64,000 bases of DNA, taken from positions 50,284,001-50,348,000 of the forward strand of contig NC_087436.1 in the NCBI RefSeq assembly GCF_036321535.1, read 5' to 3'. Origin of the DNA: Camelus dromedarius (Eukaryota). The notes below the pieces were generated by a model. That model did no database searches and had not been told where the DNA came from. It was given only the letters and a program-made list of their open reading frames with translations. This document shows, in pieces, positions 37,184 to 52,037 of this stretch. The translations under genes were made by a program, and so were the position numbers. How positions within the stretch are numbered: the first letter of the stretch is position 1; every line of letters starts with the position of its first letter.

Positions 37184-37407
37184 CAGTTCTGTTCTGGAGC
37201 TGGTTTATACTGGCTAGAAGGAATTAACTGTGCACATTTCTTCCCAACTTTGCATTCAGTGATGTTACCTTTGGTAGCTTGAAATCATGGCAGGAGTATT
37301 TACACCTCAGAAATGTGCAAATGCTAGAAATCAGTTTTGTTTTGTTTCTGTATTTTTTTTTCCCTTCAGAGTGTTTGTGATTAGACATTTACCAGCGTAC
37401 TACACTA
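37184..37407 (+). mobile_element. MER63-like hAT (Blackjack) non-autonomous DNA transposon
   Basis: cagttctgttctggagc...gtgcacatttcttcccaact...ggtagcttgaaatc...ggagtatttacacc...acatttaccagcgtactacact, with degenerate TIRs. Confidence 0.8.
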
Positions 37408-37539
37408 TATTTGTAGTCATTCACTCCACAGATACTTCTTGAGTACCTTCTAAGTACTAAACAAACATTGTAAAGCTATTTTTATTCATGGGAATAAGCA
37501 AAATAAATATGTCCCATACTCTAAAGAAACTGTAATTAA

Positions 37540-38400
37540 TAGCTCCACTTGAACCCCCTCAGCTGTATTTCAGAGTCCCAAATCCAACAACCTGTTGGAC
37601 TTCACCATTTGAATGTCTAATAAGCATCTCAGAATTTACACGTTCCAAACTAAGTTCCTGCCATTCCTCCAAAACTTACTCCTCCTTCTATCTTCTGAGG
37701 TCAAAATCTGAACCTTAGGTCAGAACTCTTGGAATTATTCTCAGCTCATCTCTTCTTTCATACTCTATATCCAATCAATCAGCAAATCTAATCACCTCTA
37801 CTTTCAAAACATATGTAGAATCTAATCACTCTTTAAGATGTCTATTGTTGCCTCCCTCATCCAAGTCAGTATCATTTCTCATCTAACTGGTTTCCCTACC
37901 CCTGCTCTTGTTCCCCTTTGGTTTGTTCTCAGTGCAACAAGTAGAGTGATCCTGTAATGAGTCAAATCTTATAACCCCTCTACAAATCCTCCAATGGCTC
38001 CCCAGTTCTCTCAGGATAGAAATCAAAGTTCTTACAATTTATAGTAGCTGGTCCTTTGTAACTTTATGACATTATCTTCTACTACTCACCTCTCCACCGC
38101 CCTGCTCCAACCTGCTCTGCTCCACCATCAGATACTAAGTATGTTTCCATCTTGGGATTTTGCACTCTGTGTGAAACACTCTTCCTTCATATAAGCCGCA
38201 TTGTTCATTACCTGTACTACCTCTGAACCCTGAATACTCTATTTAAAACTGCTTTAATTTTTTTCTTTATCACATATATAACCTTCTAAAATATTACATA
38301 ATTAGTTCATCTGTAATGTTTATTGTTTTTTGCTACTGGACTGTAAGTTCCACGAGGACAAGGCTAGACCTGTGCCTCAACTGAGTAAATGAATAATAAG
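37540..38400 (+). mobile_element. L2 LINE 3' portion
   Basis: tgaatgtctaataagcatctca, atccaatcaatcagcaaatc, cctccaatggctcccc, tgtaagttccacgaggaca, terminal aatgaat. Confidence 0.85.
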
Positions 38401-39254
38401 TAGAGTCTATGGTAACTATGAGAACATAGCAGGGGAAAGCACATTTACAGTGATAGAGCAGAAAAGCATAGAAATGTAGAAGCATTTTTAAAGTTCTTTA
38501 TTTTACACAGGAATAGAAAATATCTCCTAATAAATTGGCTATGAGTAGTTACTATTTTAAGTAAAAACAAAACATTTAAAATATTCTATACAACCTAATA
38601 TGTGATTATCATATTAAGCTGAATCACCTTATAGATGATTACAAGAAAAAGATTTGGAGATTTCCAAATGAGTATAGGGAACAATTTTGAAGAAATTAAA
38701 ATACTCACAAATTGAGTGCTTATGTTGATTAAGTACTATTAGTCACAATTCAGAATTTCTGAGTGAATAAACTTATTGAATTAAAAGATGTCACAGTACC
38801 ATATGTATGGATTTTTTTATATCTTCAAATTATATGGATATGAAGGCAGTTTTTTTCCAATAAGATAACTGCATGGTGTAAAGTAAATCAAAACTCTTAA
38901 ACTTATATCATGTTTTCATTAGCTTGAAATGTTTACTCCTTAAATAAAAATATTTCAATAACTCTGCAACAAAGATTTACATAACCTAAATTTCATGTTG
39001 AAGACTATGTTATTTCAGAATCAAACAAAACTAGTGTAATGATATTACTTTTAACAATAGATTAAAAAGCTCTTCTATGTAAGAAATTACTGACAGTCCC
39101 CATTCACCAGTCACAAAACCATTGCTGAGAATATCTTTAATAAGCAGGAGTGAAACAGGCTTCCTTAGAAACATATAAAAGGATACCGTTTTAAAGTTTT
39201 AGCAGCTCAAAAATAAAACACATGTGCTAAAGAACACACACACAATAACCAATT

Positions 39255-40045
39255 CTATACATGCACAATTCTATATATGCACTTCTTGTTTTGCACAAAT
39301 TTCAGTTGCTAACATTATTAACACCAGTCCCCTCAACAGCATGGCTCAAAGTTTAGTTACCATGTCATATTAACTGTGAATACTTACATAAAGTAAAAAT
39401 TTAGCTGCTAGCTCCGCAGTCCATGAATCAATAACAGATGTACTTCATAATCAGTGACAATCATATTCCTATTTTTCAAAATCTGTTACTGATTGCTCAC
39501 TGATTATCTGTTAGTCAGTTCACACACAGACAGCAAAGCACATAGTTGCATTGCCGCATTGTCTTTCAGTGATAAGCTCAAATGACATCTTACAAAAATT
39601 TCTAATCAAAAGAAGGACTTGCCAACAAAGATGAAAGTATAGTGAAGAAATAAAAAATGGTAACACTGAAAGTGAAATTCACATCCAGTATAGATGGAGA
39701 CAAAGAAGAAGAGCTAAACAAGGGAACATTCACAGTCACTTTACAAGGGACTCTAAATATGTAGGCAGAGGAAAATGAGTAAAGGTGAATTTATTAGCAT
39801 AAATGAGGAAGATGATAGTGACAAATGATGACGATGTCCCAGAGGAGGTGACATTGGCAAAAATATTCACATAAAAAAAAAACTCTCAGAGATATCTCAC
39901 CACTTTAAGGTTCAAGGATAAAATGTTGGAAGATGATTCAAACTTCCAAAAGAGTATGACACTCTTCCAAGGCATAGAAGAGATGTTGGCTCTTAAAGTT
40001 ATATGAACGAAGAAGGTAAACACTATTCAAACTACTCATGATACC
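39255..40045 (+). mobile_element. TcMar-Tigger family non-autonomous element (MER82-like)
   Basis: ataaatgaggaagatgatagtgac...gatgtcccagaggaggtgacattggcaaaa...aaggataaaatgttggaagatgat resembles the acidic C-terminal remnant of a Tigger transposase. Confidence 0.7.
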
Positions 40046-40049
40046 TTTA

Positions 40050-40572
40050 TATTTTTTTCTAAGAGTTTACTTTTAGAGAAATATTTTGTCAACAGCAAAA
40101 CTGAGGGAAAGGTACAGATTTCCCATATATCCTCTACGCCTACATATGCACATCTATTATCAACATCTCCCACCAAAGTGGTACATTTGTTACCACTGAT
40201 GAACCTATGCTGGCTCATAATTGCCCAAAGTCCACAGCTTACATTAGGCTTCACTCTCAGTGTCATACATTTTATGTATTTAGGCAAATGTGTAGGACAG
40301 GTATCCATCATTATGATATCATCCAGCATATTTTTACTGCCCTAAAAATCCTCCATACTTTGCCTATTCAACCCTACTTCTCTGAAATCTCTAGCAAATA
40401 CTTATCTTTTTACTGTCTCCATAGTTTTGCCTTTTCCAGAGTATCACATAATTGGAATCAGATAGTATGTAGCCTTTTCAGATTGACTTCCTTCATTTAG
40501 TAACATGGATTTAGGGTTTCTCTATGTTTTTTCATGGTTTGATACCAAATTTCTTTTTAGCAGTGAATAAAG
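40050..40572 (-). mobile_element. L1MC1/2-like 3' end
   Basis: agtggtacatttgttaccactgatgaacct...cccaaagtccacagcttacattagg...tttactgccctaaaaatcctc. Confidence 0.85.
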
Positions 40573-41544
40573 TGTGGAGATTCCTAGTGCATCCAAAGGA
40601 CTTACAGAATCTACAACTATAACATTGAATATTTCCATTTAATCATTGAACCATTGAGCACTAGTTGCCCTGATTGATGTTGCATCGAAGACCTCATTAC
40701 TTTCCATGGAGGAAATTGTTTTAAAAGGAAAGATTTAGAAGAGAAATAACCTATAATGCACTACTCTGATGGAATAGGTTTTTGTGGAAGAGCTAGGGAT
40801 GATATCAAGTTTTTTAATCCTTAGATCAAAATTTTGGAATGAACTCATTTTTCTTTCCACTGTAATCATAACTACCTAAGAATCACTTTAAATAAGTTAT
40901 TTTTGTTTGTTTTTGTCTCAAGCTTTCCACAATAGCTTTTTTTTTTTTTTGGTATCAAGTGTTTCATTTTTTCAACATAATTTATGATGATCTAGGTTAT
41001 GTGTATATTGTGTCTGACATAAAGTCTCCATGAATACACTGTGTTATTTAATGTCATTTTTACCTCATAATCATTTTATATGTTATGTTTATTATTCCCA
41101 TTTAGCAAAGTTAAGAAAAAAATTTCTTTTAAAAATTGTGCACACACTCAAGTTTCCATTTATAAACAACTCTTCACTCATCCACGTGTCCAAATATTCA
41201 ACCACCATTTGCAGTCACTATTCTACAATCATGTTGACTACTACGGATACTTTGTTAGGTGCTACAGAACAGAGAAGAATAAATCAAATCTCCAATGAGC
41301 TAAAATCAAAGTATGAGCATAATGCTGTTGCAGTACTGAATAGGTAAAAACTAATTCTGGACAGAAAGAAGGGAAGGAACCTACAGTGATCGTTCTGTAA
41401 CCTGAATGGAATTTAAAGATTAGGTAAAAGTTTTCCAGTCATAGAACTTCAGAATAACATATGAGCAAGAGAAAAATCATTCCAGCAAGGAAACTAGCAT
41501 GTAAAAAACATGAAATCATTAACAGATATTTGAGCTGGATAATT

Positions 41545-42067
41545 TCTGTTTTTTTCAGTTCAGATCTACTCACCATCAATTCCATCCACTCTTTTTTCTG
41601 CCCCCTTCCCATTAGGCTAACTATGGACTGACTGTATCAAGAGGGTCCCTAGTTCTCTGGCCTCTTCTTGGAGCCAGAGCTAATGGGAGCCCCTGGAGGG
41701 GATGGGAGGAAGAGAGGAGAGTGACTCCGGGGCTATCTCTACCTCTCCTGCCTTGCCTTTCAGGATTGCTTAGTCTCCAGCTGTACACACATCTCTTATC
41801 AAGTGCTCCTTGCTAAGCCTCCATCTCCTCACTTCAGACTATGGGATCCTTTCATCCTCCAGGCCTGGAGCAAGGGGGACACCTACTCCTTGTTACTGTT
41901 AGTCCTGGGAACATTCATTTCAAGTTGGTTTCCTTTAATCTCAATCATAAAATGTGGTTTATAAATGGCTTCTTCATTAAATTTTGTAAACGGCCTCTTT
42001 ATTAAACTCCCCTCAGTTTTCCCATTCCAGTCTGTTATCTGTTTTTCCTGGAGCTCTGACTGATACA
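41545..42067 (-). mobile_element. ERVL solo LTR (LTR33-like) within L2 remnants
   Basis: Reverse strand begins TGTATCAGTCAGAGCTCCAGGAAAAACAGA...GAGTTTAATAAAGAGG, like the LTR33 5' end. Confidence 0.7.
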
Positions 42068-45000
42068 ATACAGTAAATTTGGGGAAGAGATAAGACAAGC
42101 AGTGTCACTGTAGTAAAGGGTCTGCAGAATTGCAGTTAATCCTGTCAGAAGTGAAGAAACAGTGAAAAGTTTTAGAAAGATCACTTTGAAGACATTATGA
42201 AAAAGCTGGGAAAAAGTAACAGCAGGGAAGCCCATAAAGATAATGTTTCAATAGTCCAAGCATTGAAAGTGGGAAGGGAGGGAAGGAGCACATTTGGTGA
42301 TGTAGGAAATTAGACTGATAAGATGTATGATTGTGCAAAGGAAATGAGCAAAAGGAAGAGATTCAGAATAACTCCTGTGTACATATGAATAATACTTACA
42401 ATGAGCATATGCAAAAAGTATTACTTTACCAAGAATGAAAACTATTAATGAAACATAAACATATTTTCATATATATATAGAAATATTTATGTTTCTTCTG
42501 TAATCATTCATACTGTAGGAGAGTAGATATAAAATCATTTTCATTCATTCCCATAGCACTCTTAATGTTGCTATTGGTTAAGAAAAAAGCCTGTTGACTT
42601 GTAGTGCTAATTATAATATGTAGCTTTATTCAATCATATGCTTAGAAGGCATATAAAAAGAGAAGCTAAATAATCATAAGAAGCAGCTAATAAATAGAAG
42701 GAAATTTTGGTTCCATACAATTTGATGTATGAGTTATACTTGTAGTACTCCGCAAGTTACGCAAAGTAATAACAGTTACTTTGAACATACACAATTTCCA
42801 ACACTACTTGTCCCCATCAATCTGCTTCTTGTCATAACCCTGAACACAAGGGCCTGGAACTATAATTAGCTTTCTGACAATCTACCTCTGATTTAAATTA
42901 GAACCTCAAAGCTGTGAGGGAGCTCACTTTCATCTATTTCAGCTACTCATCTGGAAGTTTATAGTCCTTTAATTCTCTCAATAAATGGTCACTCATTCTA
43001 TTCTTGAGTACTTTCAACAACAGAGACCAAAAGAAAAACAAAAACCTCCATACCACTGGAGATAACCCAATATGCCCTTGGCGAGTTGTAACTCATCTTT
43101 CTCCAGAAACTATAGTCTTAGCTCTACCCCTTAGGGTGAGCTAAAACTGTTCTAATGCCTGTTCTACACTACATTTCTTCATATATTTGACTAGAGCCAG
43201 CAAGTGTCTTGAGTCTTTTCTCATTAAAATTTTTTACCTCCTTTACCCATTGATTACTCTGTGATACGTCTATTGCTCCCACTTGGGAGTTTCTTTAGCT
43301 CTTACTCTTCTAACTCCTCCACTTTTGGACAACTGTTTGAATTCTCTGCTCATCAAAAAATTCTTCCATTTATAAAATGAAATAAAACTGATTAAATGTC
43401 TCTTCTATTACCCTGAAAAAGGTCTCTGTATGCATTTTAGGAAGCATGTTACCTTATAGTATAAATAGAAGATCATATATAGTTACATATACTACACACT
43501 ATTATGTATAGTATCTTGTGTCATCTCTATAAAATGTTGAATACTAAAAATATTTATACATGAATTCAACTTCAAATATATTTCAATGAAGGCATTTCTT
43601 CCACAAAAGTAACCTGCCAAGAGTTCAAAAGTATTTTCATAGGAAATTAAGATCTTAACAAAGTTGTTTTTAATACATGGTTGATAACATAAGAGTGACT
43701 TTGTGCAATTGGTGCTTTTGAAGTGATTTATTTAAAAGTGGTTATCTAAAATACTTTCCTATTAATTTTCTGAGACAATACAAAGATGACACAAAATGTT
43801 AGTAATTAGACTTCAAAAAATTGATTTAGAATTTTATATTTCATGGATGAAATAATCTACTATGTTCTGATTTTTAAATTATCTATTACGAGAGATAGTA
43901 TAAGAAGCAGAAAATAATTTTTAGCAGTAAGTTTTATATTGATACAGAAAATCATTTCTAAATCTGTGTCTGAAATTTTAAGGAGAAACTGTTTCATGTA
44001 ATGATCACTAATGAAGTAGCATTTTGATATAATCATTTTATAAATGTTTGGTATAGTTTTAATGACTATAAATAATTAGAATATAAAGATCATTATATTA
44101 TACAATCTAATATAATTATATATTATATACAAAGCTTTCAGAATAGTGTCTGGTATATAATAAATATTTAACAGGGATTAGCAATTATTGCTTTAATTGT
44201 TAAAAAGAAAATCTAAATGTATATTGAATATATTGTATTAGTGAAATCATGCTTAATACCTACACCTCCATCTTCATTTAACACCTCTGCTTTTCTCTCT
44301 CTGTGCTACAGGGAAGCTGGCCTTCCTTAGTTCAAGTATCTCATGCTTTCTCCAACCTCAGGACTCATTGTTCTACTTTCTATTCTCATCCCACCTTCAC
44401 TCTGATTAACCCCCATTTATCCTTCTGATTTGATGTTGCTTCCTCAGGGAAGACATACCTAACATATCTACCATCATTTTGGCCTATACCCCAGATTAGG
44501 TCAAATTCCCTATTTTATGTTTTACAATCACTAGTACATGACTTCATAACATCACAGTGTACACAGTGGGGACAGTTTTATTCAGCAGAATTACCACAGG
44601 ATTGGGCTAGACAGACCAGTCTAACGAGGAAATGGGGGACTGGGCTAACCTTCTCAAGGGAATATAAATGATAGGGTCACCTATGTTGCATATAGGGTCT
44701 TTGGAAATTGCAGAATATAAAGTGGAGTATAACAAAGAGAAGAAAGTTGAGTTTGGAACCATCAGGATGAATAATGGTGGTGTATTCTCCCCTCCCGTAA
44801 ACTCCTAAACACAATAAAATTTTGAAATCTGAAATGTTTTATACAATTGGATATTTTGTGGAAGTCATATAACAATACAACTTTGCATTCAGGTTCACAC
44901 TAGGTAAAATGAGTATATTTTACAGAGATTCAAAAATGGAAACAGAGAATACCAACTAGGTCAGGTTGGAAATTTTTAGAAATGATGCGAGAGGGCACTG

Positions 45001-46027
45001 AACTCACACAGACCATTATGCTAAAGATCCAATGAAAGTTTAACCAAATCCAAGAGGCAATGCTATCCCAAGCAACATTTAGGTAATAATTTCTTATGTA
45101 TTTTGTAACTATTTGAATTATGTATTTCTTCCGTGTTACTCTCTAAACTCCACAAGAGTAGGAATCATATCTACTTTGTTCATCAATATGATCAAAGAAT
45201 GTAATACAATCCTGGAAAAAGTTAGCATTCAAGAAATAGTTGGAAATAAATAGCTGATATTCAGAAAATAAATGAATAGATAAATCTAATTGCTAAATTT
45301 AAACTGAAAGAATATGCAATGAAAATCAAATAGTTTTACTATTCTGATGCTTTATTTTTTAATATAATTTCCCTCAAATGCTAGTGTATACATTTTACTT
45401 ATATAAATAAAGAAATCAGAGTAAATGAACAAGTGATTTGTTTCTTGAGGGGTAATATTTTGAAGTTCCTATTATATGTGTACATACTTATGAATGTATA
45501 TATGTATATGTATGTGTTTATTTTAATAAATGCTTATTCACTTAGAAATTTAGATAATATTCACAAACAATTAATTGGCTCAACCTTAAGTATGTTTAAA
45601 GCATTTATGAAAAGGTACAAAATAAAATTTGAGAAAATGCAATTTCAAAAAAGATTATATTTCTCTCTAGTGATCTGTCAAAGCAGAAAATGATCTAGCA
45701 TTAAGTTGAAGATTTTTGGCTCATGAGCTACTGCAACTAATATTTATTTTGCACAGATAATAGCCAGAAAGCATTTTATATTTGGGATTTACACCAAAGC
45801 AGTGTACACTGTGGACAGAAGCAAACTGGAGAACAGTAAAATCCATGTCACTTCAGGCAAATATTCTTTGCATAGTTAATATAATTAAGTAAATAGCTGA
45901 AGGCTGCACTGTCTTTATACCAAAATTTTTAAATGTATAGAAGCACATAAGGATCCAGAAATAGAGCTTAATAAAACGCGAACAAAAGGAAGAATTAAAC
46001 AGGATACAGAGAACAACTGCAAAATGA

Positions 46028-46656
46028 TGTTACCAAACCTGATGCACAGCAACACCAATCTACTGACACCAGGTTGTGGTGAAGGAAAGCACAGCATTTA
46101 ATGCAAGGCCAGCAAGGAGAACAGGCAACTCATACTCAAAAGACCCAAATTCCCCAATGGCTTTCAGGGAAGTGTTTTTTAAGACAGTGTGAGGGTGAAG
46201 GTCACAGGTTGTGTGATTATCTCATGCACAATTCTCTGATTGGTTGGTGGTGACGTAACAAGGTGGTATTTCTAAAGTTAACAATGTCAATCTTCTGGTT
46301 CCAACCAGTCTGGGGTCTGTGTGCTAGTGGTCAGCGTGCAGTTAGCTTCTTCCATCTGATGGGGGTTTTAGTTTCTGAAAAAAAACTCAAGGATATGGCT
46401 CAGGATATTATCTGTAGCCTTTGAGGAGGAACTAAAGATCCTTGACTTTCTTTTATGACTAAACTATTACTATTTTGTCTTGCTTGACTGTTTTCCTTTG
46501 TTTCTACATTATCTCTCTTCTCTGATTAAATCTGCTCTTTGGAACTCAGGGAAGGCCTAGGAGGCTAAAGCTTTTTTTATAAACAAGAGTGGGAGACATG
46601 AGGAGAAGTAAAAGGTCTGTCCGTGGGAAGGCTCTGCAGGGTACTGCTCTGTTTCA
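46028..46656 (-). mobile_element. ERV1 solo LTR, MER41-like
   Basis: TG...CA termini (tgttacc...tgtttca), 629 bp. Motifs ctactgacaccaggttgtggtgaaggaaag, tctctgattggttggtggtga, gaggaggaactaaagatccttgac. Confidence 0.8.
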
Positions 46657-47439
46657 AAGGAAAAGCTTACTTATTGAGAGTAAGTAAAGAAAAATTATGT
46701 CAAAAAATTCTATTTTGCAAAAGACATCAAAGTAAATAGAAAAGACCCCTTCGATTATATCAGAAAAAAAAAAGTTAGTGGTAAAGGAAACTGGTCTAGT
46801 ACTAGAGTGGAAAGGAAAACTAATAATAGATGGCATTAAAAATACGAGCTTTCAATGGATACTTCTGGGAATTTCAGCCTCTATAAAAGATAATAAAAAT
46901 AGACTTTAAAACTTGTTTTGGTGATATGCTAATTGGAAGAGTGAAGAATCCAGTCTCAGCTATTCCTTGTGAAATAATCATACTAAAATGACTCTAATGT
47001 GTTTGATAATCTGTTCATTGTGGGGAAAAAGTGGTGGTAAGAAGCTCAAACACCTAGGAAAATAATGTGATCATGTCAAAGATGTGTATTTCTTTAAAGG
47101 AAGAATGAAGTACTGACAACCATTAGCATGAGATTATATCTTGTATTGTATCATTTCTTCTCAAGGTCCAGAGGATGTTTATTTGGATGACCCTAAGGAT
47201 CCATTTTCTTCATGCATACTGTTGAGCAAATTATTATTCCTGGAGAGAGTCACAGAATAGGAAATGCCGCAGTGAATTCCTAATTACCAATTTCAGATTG
47301 GTCTTCAGCAGTGCCTGGCAATTCTATCTACTTCTTTGGCCAACTGGCTCTCCACTTTTACCATAGTTCAACATTTCTTTATTTTCCTCAATCATTAACA
47401 TAAGTCAGTCTCCATGGGTAACACTATATTCCAAGCAGC

Positions 47440-48505
47440 AATCATCTCTCACCCAAACCAAAATAATAACAAGGTAACTTATTTCCTTATTTTAATTCTT
47501 TCTCTCCTTCAAGCCATTCTCCAAACTAAAATCTGATTACTCTCCTCCTCTGACTGAACCACCTCAATTACTTTCTATACGACAAAATTCTATGATCTGC
47601 CCTACAACTTCCTCTCAAACCACTTTCCTCCTTCACTTTCAATGCTTCAGTTATATTAGCCCTTAATTCTTCAGGTGCACAATTCTTCTCCCACTCTTAC
47701 CCATCAAATCGGTTTCTTAGGGCGACTGTAGCAAAGTAGCACAACCTGAGCGGCAAAACAACAGAAACTTATTTTCTCACATTTCCAGAAGCTAGAAGTC
47801 TGAAATCACAGTGTTGGCAAGGGCCATGCTCCCTCTGAAACCTGTAAGGAAATTCTTCCTTGCCTCTTCCTGTTCGCTGGTGGACTGCTGGCAGTCTTTG
47901 GCATTCCTTGGCTTGTCGATGGATCTTTCATCTTCAAACGGCGTTCTCTCTGTGTTTCTCTGTTTCCAGATTTCTCCTTTGTATCTTATATTGGATTAGG
48001 GCCCACCCTAATGACCTCATTTTAACTTGATTACCTATATAAAACTCTATTTCCAAATAAGGTCACATTCTGTGTTACTGGGTATTAGGATTTAAACATA
48101 TCTTTTTAGAGGGGACATAATTCAACATATAAAAACTCACCATTAACACAGGAGTTTTTCACATGTTGTTTGTTCTCCCAGAAATCTTGGCAACCCTCAC
48201 CCTTCCACTGCCTTGTCTAGTCACCTTTTCAAGTTTCAACCCAGAATGCTTTTCTTAGGAAAGACTAATTCACAATCTAAATATATTTTTTTCCAGTAAA
48301 TGCACTTAGATGGCCATAAACATTACCTTTGTGACATCTATTACATTTGTAATTTTACATTTATTGGTGAGATTATTTGATTACTATCTATCTACTTCAT
48401 TAGGCTATTAACTCTGTGAAGGCCATTTTTTCTCACTGTTGTATTACTACAGTGTCTGGAATACTATAGTAGGTATCCAATAAATGTTTGGTTGAATGAA
48501 TGAAT
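47440..48505 (+). mobile_element. L2 fragments flanking the MLT1
   Basis: ctatgatctgccc...; ctcactgttgtatt...tagtaggtatccaataaatgtttggttgaatgaatgaat tail. Confidence 0.65.
47707..48133 (-). mobile_element. MLT1 (MaLR) LTR within an L2
   Basis: aacaacagaaacttattttctcaca...gctagaagtctgaaatca...ggattagggcccaccctaatgacctc...tccaaataaggtcacattctg. Confidence 0.9.
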
Positions 48506-49529
48506 AATAGATCAGACCAGAAATGACAAAAATGTCAACTTAAAGTTTCAAAATTTCTACTTTCACTGAAGTGTTAGTTAATGAGAACATAAATTGATTG
48601 TGTCTATACAATTCAAATAAAATAATATTCTACCTGTCAGGAAATAATTTTATTTACATTAAACTAATTGACAAAAAAAAAATAAGAAGTTTGCAGTCTA
48701 TTTTGAATTATCCATGCTACAGTAGGTGTACAAGGCTGTAAATCTGCTCATGTCACTCAACTTCTCATTTTAGTCTTAAAAAATCAACTGCCTACCCACT
48801 CAAATTGCATTCAAAAATATCTAGAGCAAGCAAACAAGTAAAAGATTATGATAGAACTGAAGAATATTCAGTTCAGCACAGTAAAATTTACTGATAAATG
48901 CTGTGTCTGACTCTGGGAACACCATAAAGCAACAATTCAATATAACGAGAGAAATGCTACAGTGCATGTTATTGTCTACTCTGAATATTAGCCATAATTT
49001 GGCCATTAGCCATATTATCAAATTTAAGGCAGGAATTTGATTCTCCCAGACATATTGTTACTATTTTACCACATGAATAAAATTTGCTTTTTGTTATTAT
49101 GTTCAAAGAGTTTCCAATGTCCCAAAAAGTCGCACTCTAAAAAAATATATGTGTGTTTTTTCAGAGCCTCAATATATTTTCCTATAACAATTCTGATATA
49201 TATAGTTACATAGACACTATGAATATTTACACGATGCAGTATGAATTCAATTTTGAAAGTAACAGGAAAGCACCGCCTCAATTAAACTTGATTTATTTGT
49301 CCTTATGTAAATCCTGAACTTGTCTCTGGGTGCTTTTAAATGGATATATTGACAATATCCTTCCTAGGGGTTCCTTATCTTTGTCAATCATATAGCTATT
49401 ATCTATATTAGCTCTCTAGAATTTTCTTTTAAAAAAAGTTAAACATACAGAAGAAAAATGGAGGTCCTGGGGTACATAATTCATATTTTTAAGCCCTTAA
49501 TATGCACCTTTCCAATTCTGTTCAGCAGA

Positions 49530-50076
<547 letters not shown>

Positions 50077-51773
50077 TAAGTTAATGCTCTATTACAATTT
50101 TCAATTAAATGTATTGATCACTTGAGGAACTATAGGTTGGGAGCAACAATTAAGCAGATAAGACACAGACATTTCCTCCAAGACCTCACACATTCCTTGG
50201 GAAAAGAGACACATAAAAATATTATACTACAATATGATATGGCCAATTAGTTTGTATAAGTTACAAAGGTTTCTGATTGGAAAAATGTGACGACCTCTAT
50301 ATGGGGAAGCTCTGGGGCATTTCTGGAGGAGGCAATGAGATTACTGGAGATGAAATCGCAAAGGAAAGTGAGGTTGTTATAGATTGAGAAATAAGTGAGA
50401 AGGGAAGAACTGAAAGGTGTGGACTGATCTTTTAAGAAGCCTGGCTGAAGGGAAAGGGAGTCCTGGTAGGTTCTTGGTTGTGTTCCTTTGTTTTAGCATT
50501 AAAAAAACTTAAGCACTGGACTGGAAAGGAAATAGGGATGCTATACAACAGAATTTAGTATTTCATATTTTGGACCCACCTTAAGAAAAGCAAAGGGAAA
50601 AATAAAACATAACTGTGTGATTGTTTGCATTTTGTTTCTTATTCTGACCATTTAACTTTTATTTCAATAAAATTCTTACCTAGTGATCTGTTTTGCCTTT
50701 AAAAACAGCAAATGATGCAAATATAATGGTCATTTTTTAAAGTACCCATTTAATCAAATTCTGCTCTACTCAGAGTCCAGATTTTAAAAGAAAAACACTA
50801 GAAAGTATTTACTGAAGGAAAAGCAGGCAGCAGTTATTAAACTGAAAACTGCATTCCTTCCCTTAGGTATTATTAATAAATCTTAGTTGTATGATAACAA
50901 AATAAAATTAATCATCATAATAATATTATTTGTTGACTGAATCAAATCCCCATTGACATTAATACTTAATAAGCAAACAAGCACAGAAAGGCACGGAGAT
51001 TTGAGTCCCTTTACACAAAAAGCACAGGTATTGAGAATACCAGCATACCAGACTCTTTAATCACTTTAAAGCCTTCCTAAAACTGGAAGTCACACAAAAG
51101 TTTACACAAATTCTAATTCACTATCATGTTATTGGTTGTCCTCCTATTCCTCCCTAATTACATCCTTATAATTTTGATTGAAAGCTATGAAATCTCAGAA
51201 TTTAGTTTGATAATTTATAGTCTCTTGATTTTGGTGTGACTAACACATCTGTATGTGATATGTCAAATTAATGATGCAATCACATGTGCCATGACTTTGG
51301 AAAAATGCATGTAAATGTCTTTATCTGATTTTTAAATCATAGTCAAATAGCTTGTGGGTCCAATGTGACTCAGAGTATCTAGTTACTTTTTCTCATTTGG
51401 ATGAAAACCAATTTATTTCAAATATGACTGATACTACAGGATATATATAATAGTTTTACATAGGAGAAAATGTCAGTTGATCAGTTTATTCTGTCCCATC
51501 TCTTTTCCTCTGATTATACATTTAATAAGGTTAGATCAACAATTACCAAACAGAGGAAAGGCATCCATCCTGAGCCTCTAGGCAAGGGAGAACGAGTGTA
51601 GTTTAAACAGGCACTGCAGTTCAGCTATAGTTTTCATACATGAGGTAAAGACTGATGAAGATCAACTGATAGCATTTGGACGATTGTAGGTGACAACAGT
51701 ATGGTATTTTGATGGATTTGTGAAATGAGGACTTAGAGAAAATGTGGAGATAATCTTTGGCATTTTCAATTAA

Positions 51774-52037
<264 letters not shown>

